Below are positions 43,217 to 43,842 of a DNA stretch of 43,842 nt, piece by piece. The number at the start of each line of letters is the position of its first letter. Positions within the stretch are counted from its first letter, which is position 1. The DNA comes from an uncultured Gammaproteobacteria bacterium (GTDB lineage Bacteria > Patescibacteriota > Patescibacteriia > Patescibacteriales > UBA12465), in contig CAYTEZ010000003.1 in the NCBI GenBank assembly GCA_964437025.1, positions 1 through 43,842 of the forward strand. The letters run 5' to 3'. Made by a program: the position numbers and the translations under genes. The notes below the pieces were generated by a model, which saw only the letters and a list, made by a program, of their open reading frames with translations, was not told the DNA's origin and made no database searches.

Positions 43217-43842
43217 ATGATGGAAATCTTCATTGTAGCCAGTTCACTTGTGGCTATAATCTTTGGAGCAATCCTTATTGCTTCAATCATGCGTTTACCA
43301 AAAGGTGACGCCAAAATGCAAGAAATTGCTCAAGCTATTCAAGCTGGAGCTAAGGCTTTCTTAAATCGCCAGTACAAAACTGTAGCGATTGTAGCCGTTG
43401 TTCTTTTTGCAATTATTGCTTTTATTCCTTCTTTAGGAATAAAAACAGCTTTAGCTTTCTTAACTGGAGCTGTGCTTTCAGCCTTGGCTGGTTATATTGG
43501 TATGCATGTTAGTGTTAGAGCCAATGTTAGAACTACTGAAGCCGCTAAAGGTGGTTTAAAAAAAGCTTTAAACGTTGCTGTTAAAGGTGGAAGTATTACT
43601 GGTTTCTTAGTAGTAGGTTTAGCCCTACTTGGAACTTCTGTTTTTTATTTCTTAACTAAAGACTTACAAGCCTTAATCGGTTTTGGTTTTGGTGGTTCTT
43701 TAATTTCAATCTTTGCTCGTTTAGGTGGAGGTATATATACTAAAGCAGCAGACGTTGGAGCTGACTTAGTTGGAAAAGTTGAAGCTAATATTCCAGAAGA
43801 TGATCCACGTAACCCAGCAGTTATTGCTGATAACGTTGGTGA
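43217..43842 (+). CDS. hppA: Membrane-bound proton/sodium-translocating pyrophosphatase, N-terminal part (runs off the window)
   Basis: My own translation from the ATG at 43217 gives [10 protein letters not shown]...[39 protein letters not shown], the canonical H+-PPase signature. This ORF is absent from the supplied track because it has no stop in the window. Confidence 0.9.
   Translation, partial: MMEIFIVASSLVAIIFGAILIASIMRLPKGDAKMQEIAQAIQAGAKAFLNRQYKTVAIVAVVLFAIIAFIPSLGIKTALAFLTGAVLSALAGYIGMHVSVRANVRTTEAAKGGLKKALNVAVKGGSITGFLVVGLALLGTSVFYFLTKDLQALIGFGFGGSLISIFARLGGGIYTKAADVGADLVGKVEANIPEDDPRNPAVIADNVG

Noticed and set aside
1-43842. Alternative genetic code (UGA recoding, as in some candidate phyla)
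   Set aside because: All conserved genes are full length under the standard code. TGA appears as a genuine stop in two ATGA overlaps (22200 and 39768). No in-frame TGA interrupts any conserved protein.
1-43842. CRISPR arrays, transposases, integrases, prophage or defence-system genes
   Set aside because: No regularly spaced direct repeats and no recognisable transposase, integrase, RT or nuclease ORFs were seen. The only repeats are short palindromes and terminator stems.

Overview
AT-rich, gene-dense window dominated by housekeeping genes. By inference it looks like a reduced Candidate Phyla Radiation / Patescibacteria-type genome. Standard genetic code: TGA occurs only as a stop inside two ATGA gene overlaps. 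Plus strand: cytidylyltransferase, mltG, a large DUF3160-like exported protein, rpoB-rpoC, pth, dprA-topA plus a MazG-like NTPase, a degenerate DHH protein, tRNA-Val and tRNA-Ile(UAU) followed by hsp20/DUF3006-like/VanW, tRNA-Glu, an orphan 198-aa gene, a CsoR-family regulator with trxA-gdh-trxB, a VirB2-like pilin-like protein, nusA, and the start of a membrane pyrophosphatase. Minus strand: a tight valS-pheS-pheT-trpS cluster, a coiled-coil protein, tsaD, ychF, a SIMPL protein, a thioredoxin-fold protein, an LTD/OB surface protein, an RluA-type pseudouridine synthase and a MOP flippase. I saw no CRISPR array, rRNA or mobile element. Most notable are three intergenic units on the minus strand. 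Each has a near-consensus sigma70 promoter, a structured non-coding segment and an intrinsic terminator, and none matched an RNA family I can recognise by eye. Also notable: a redox module whose CsoR-family repressor lacks the Cu-ligand His, whose TrxR lacks the NADPH HRRxxxR motif, and which has a glutamate dehydrogenase between trxA and trxB. Other points are a tRNA-Ile with anticodon UAU, a tRNA-Val with C33, and almost no Shine-Dalgarno sequences. All family assignments come from reading motifs by eye; no searches were run.
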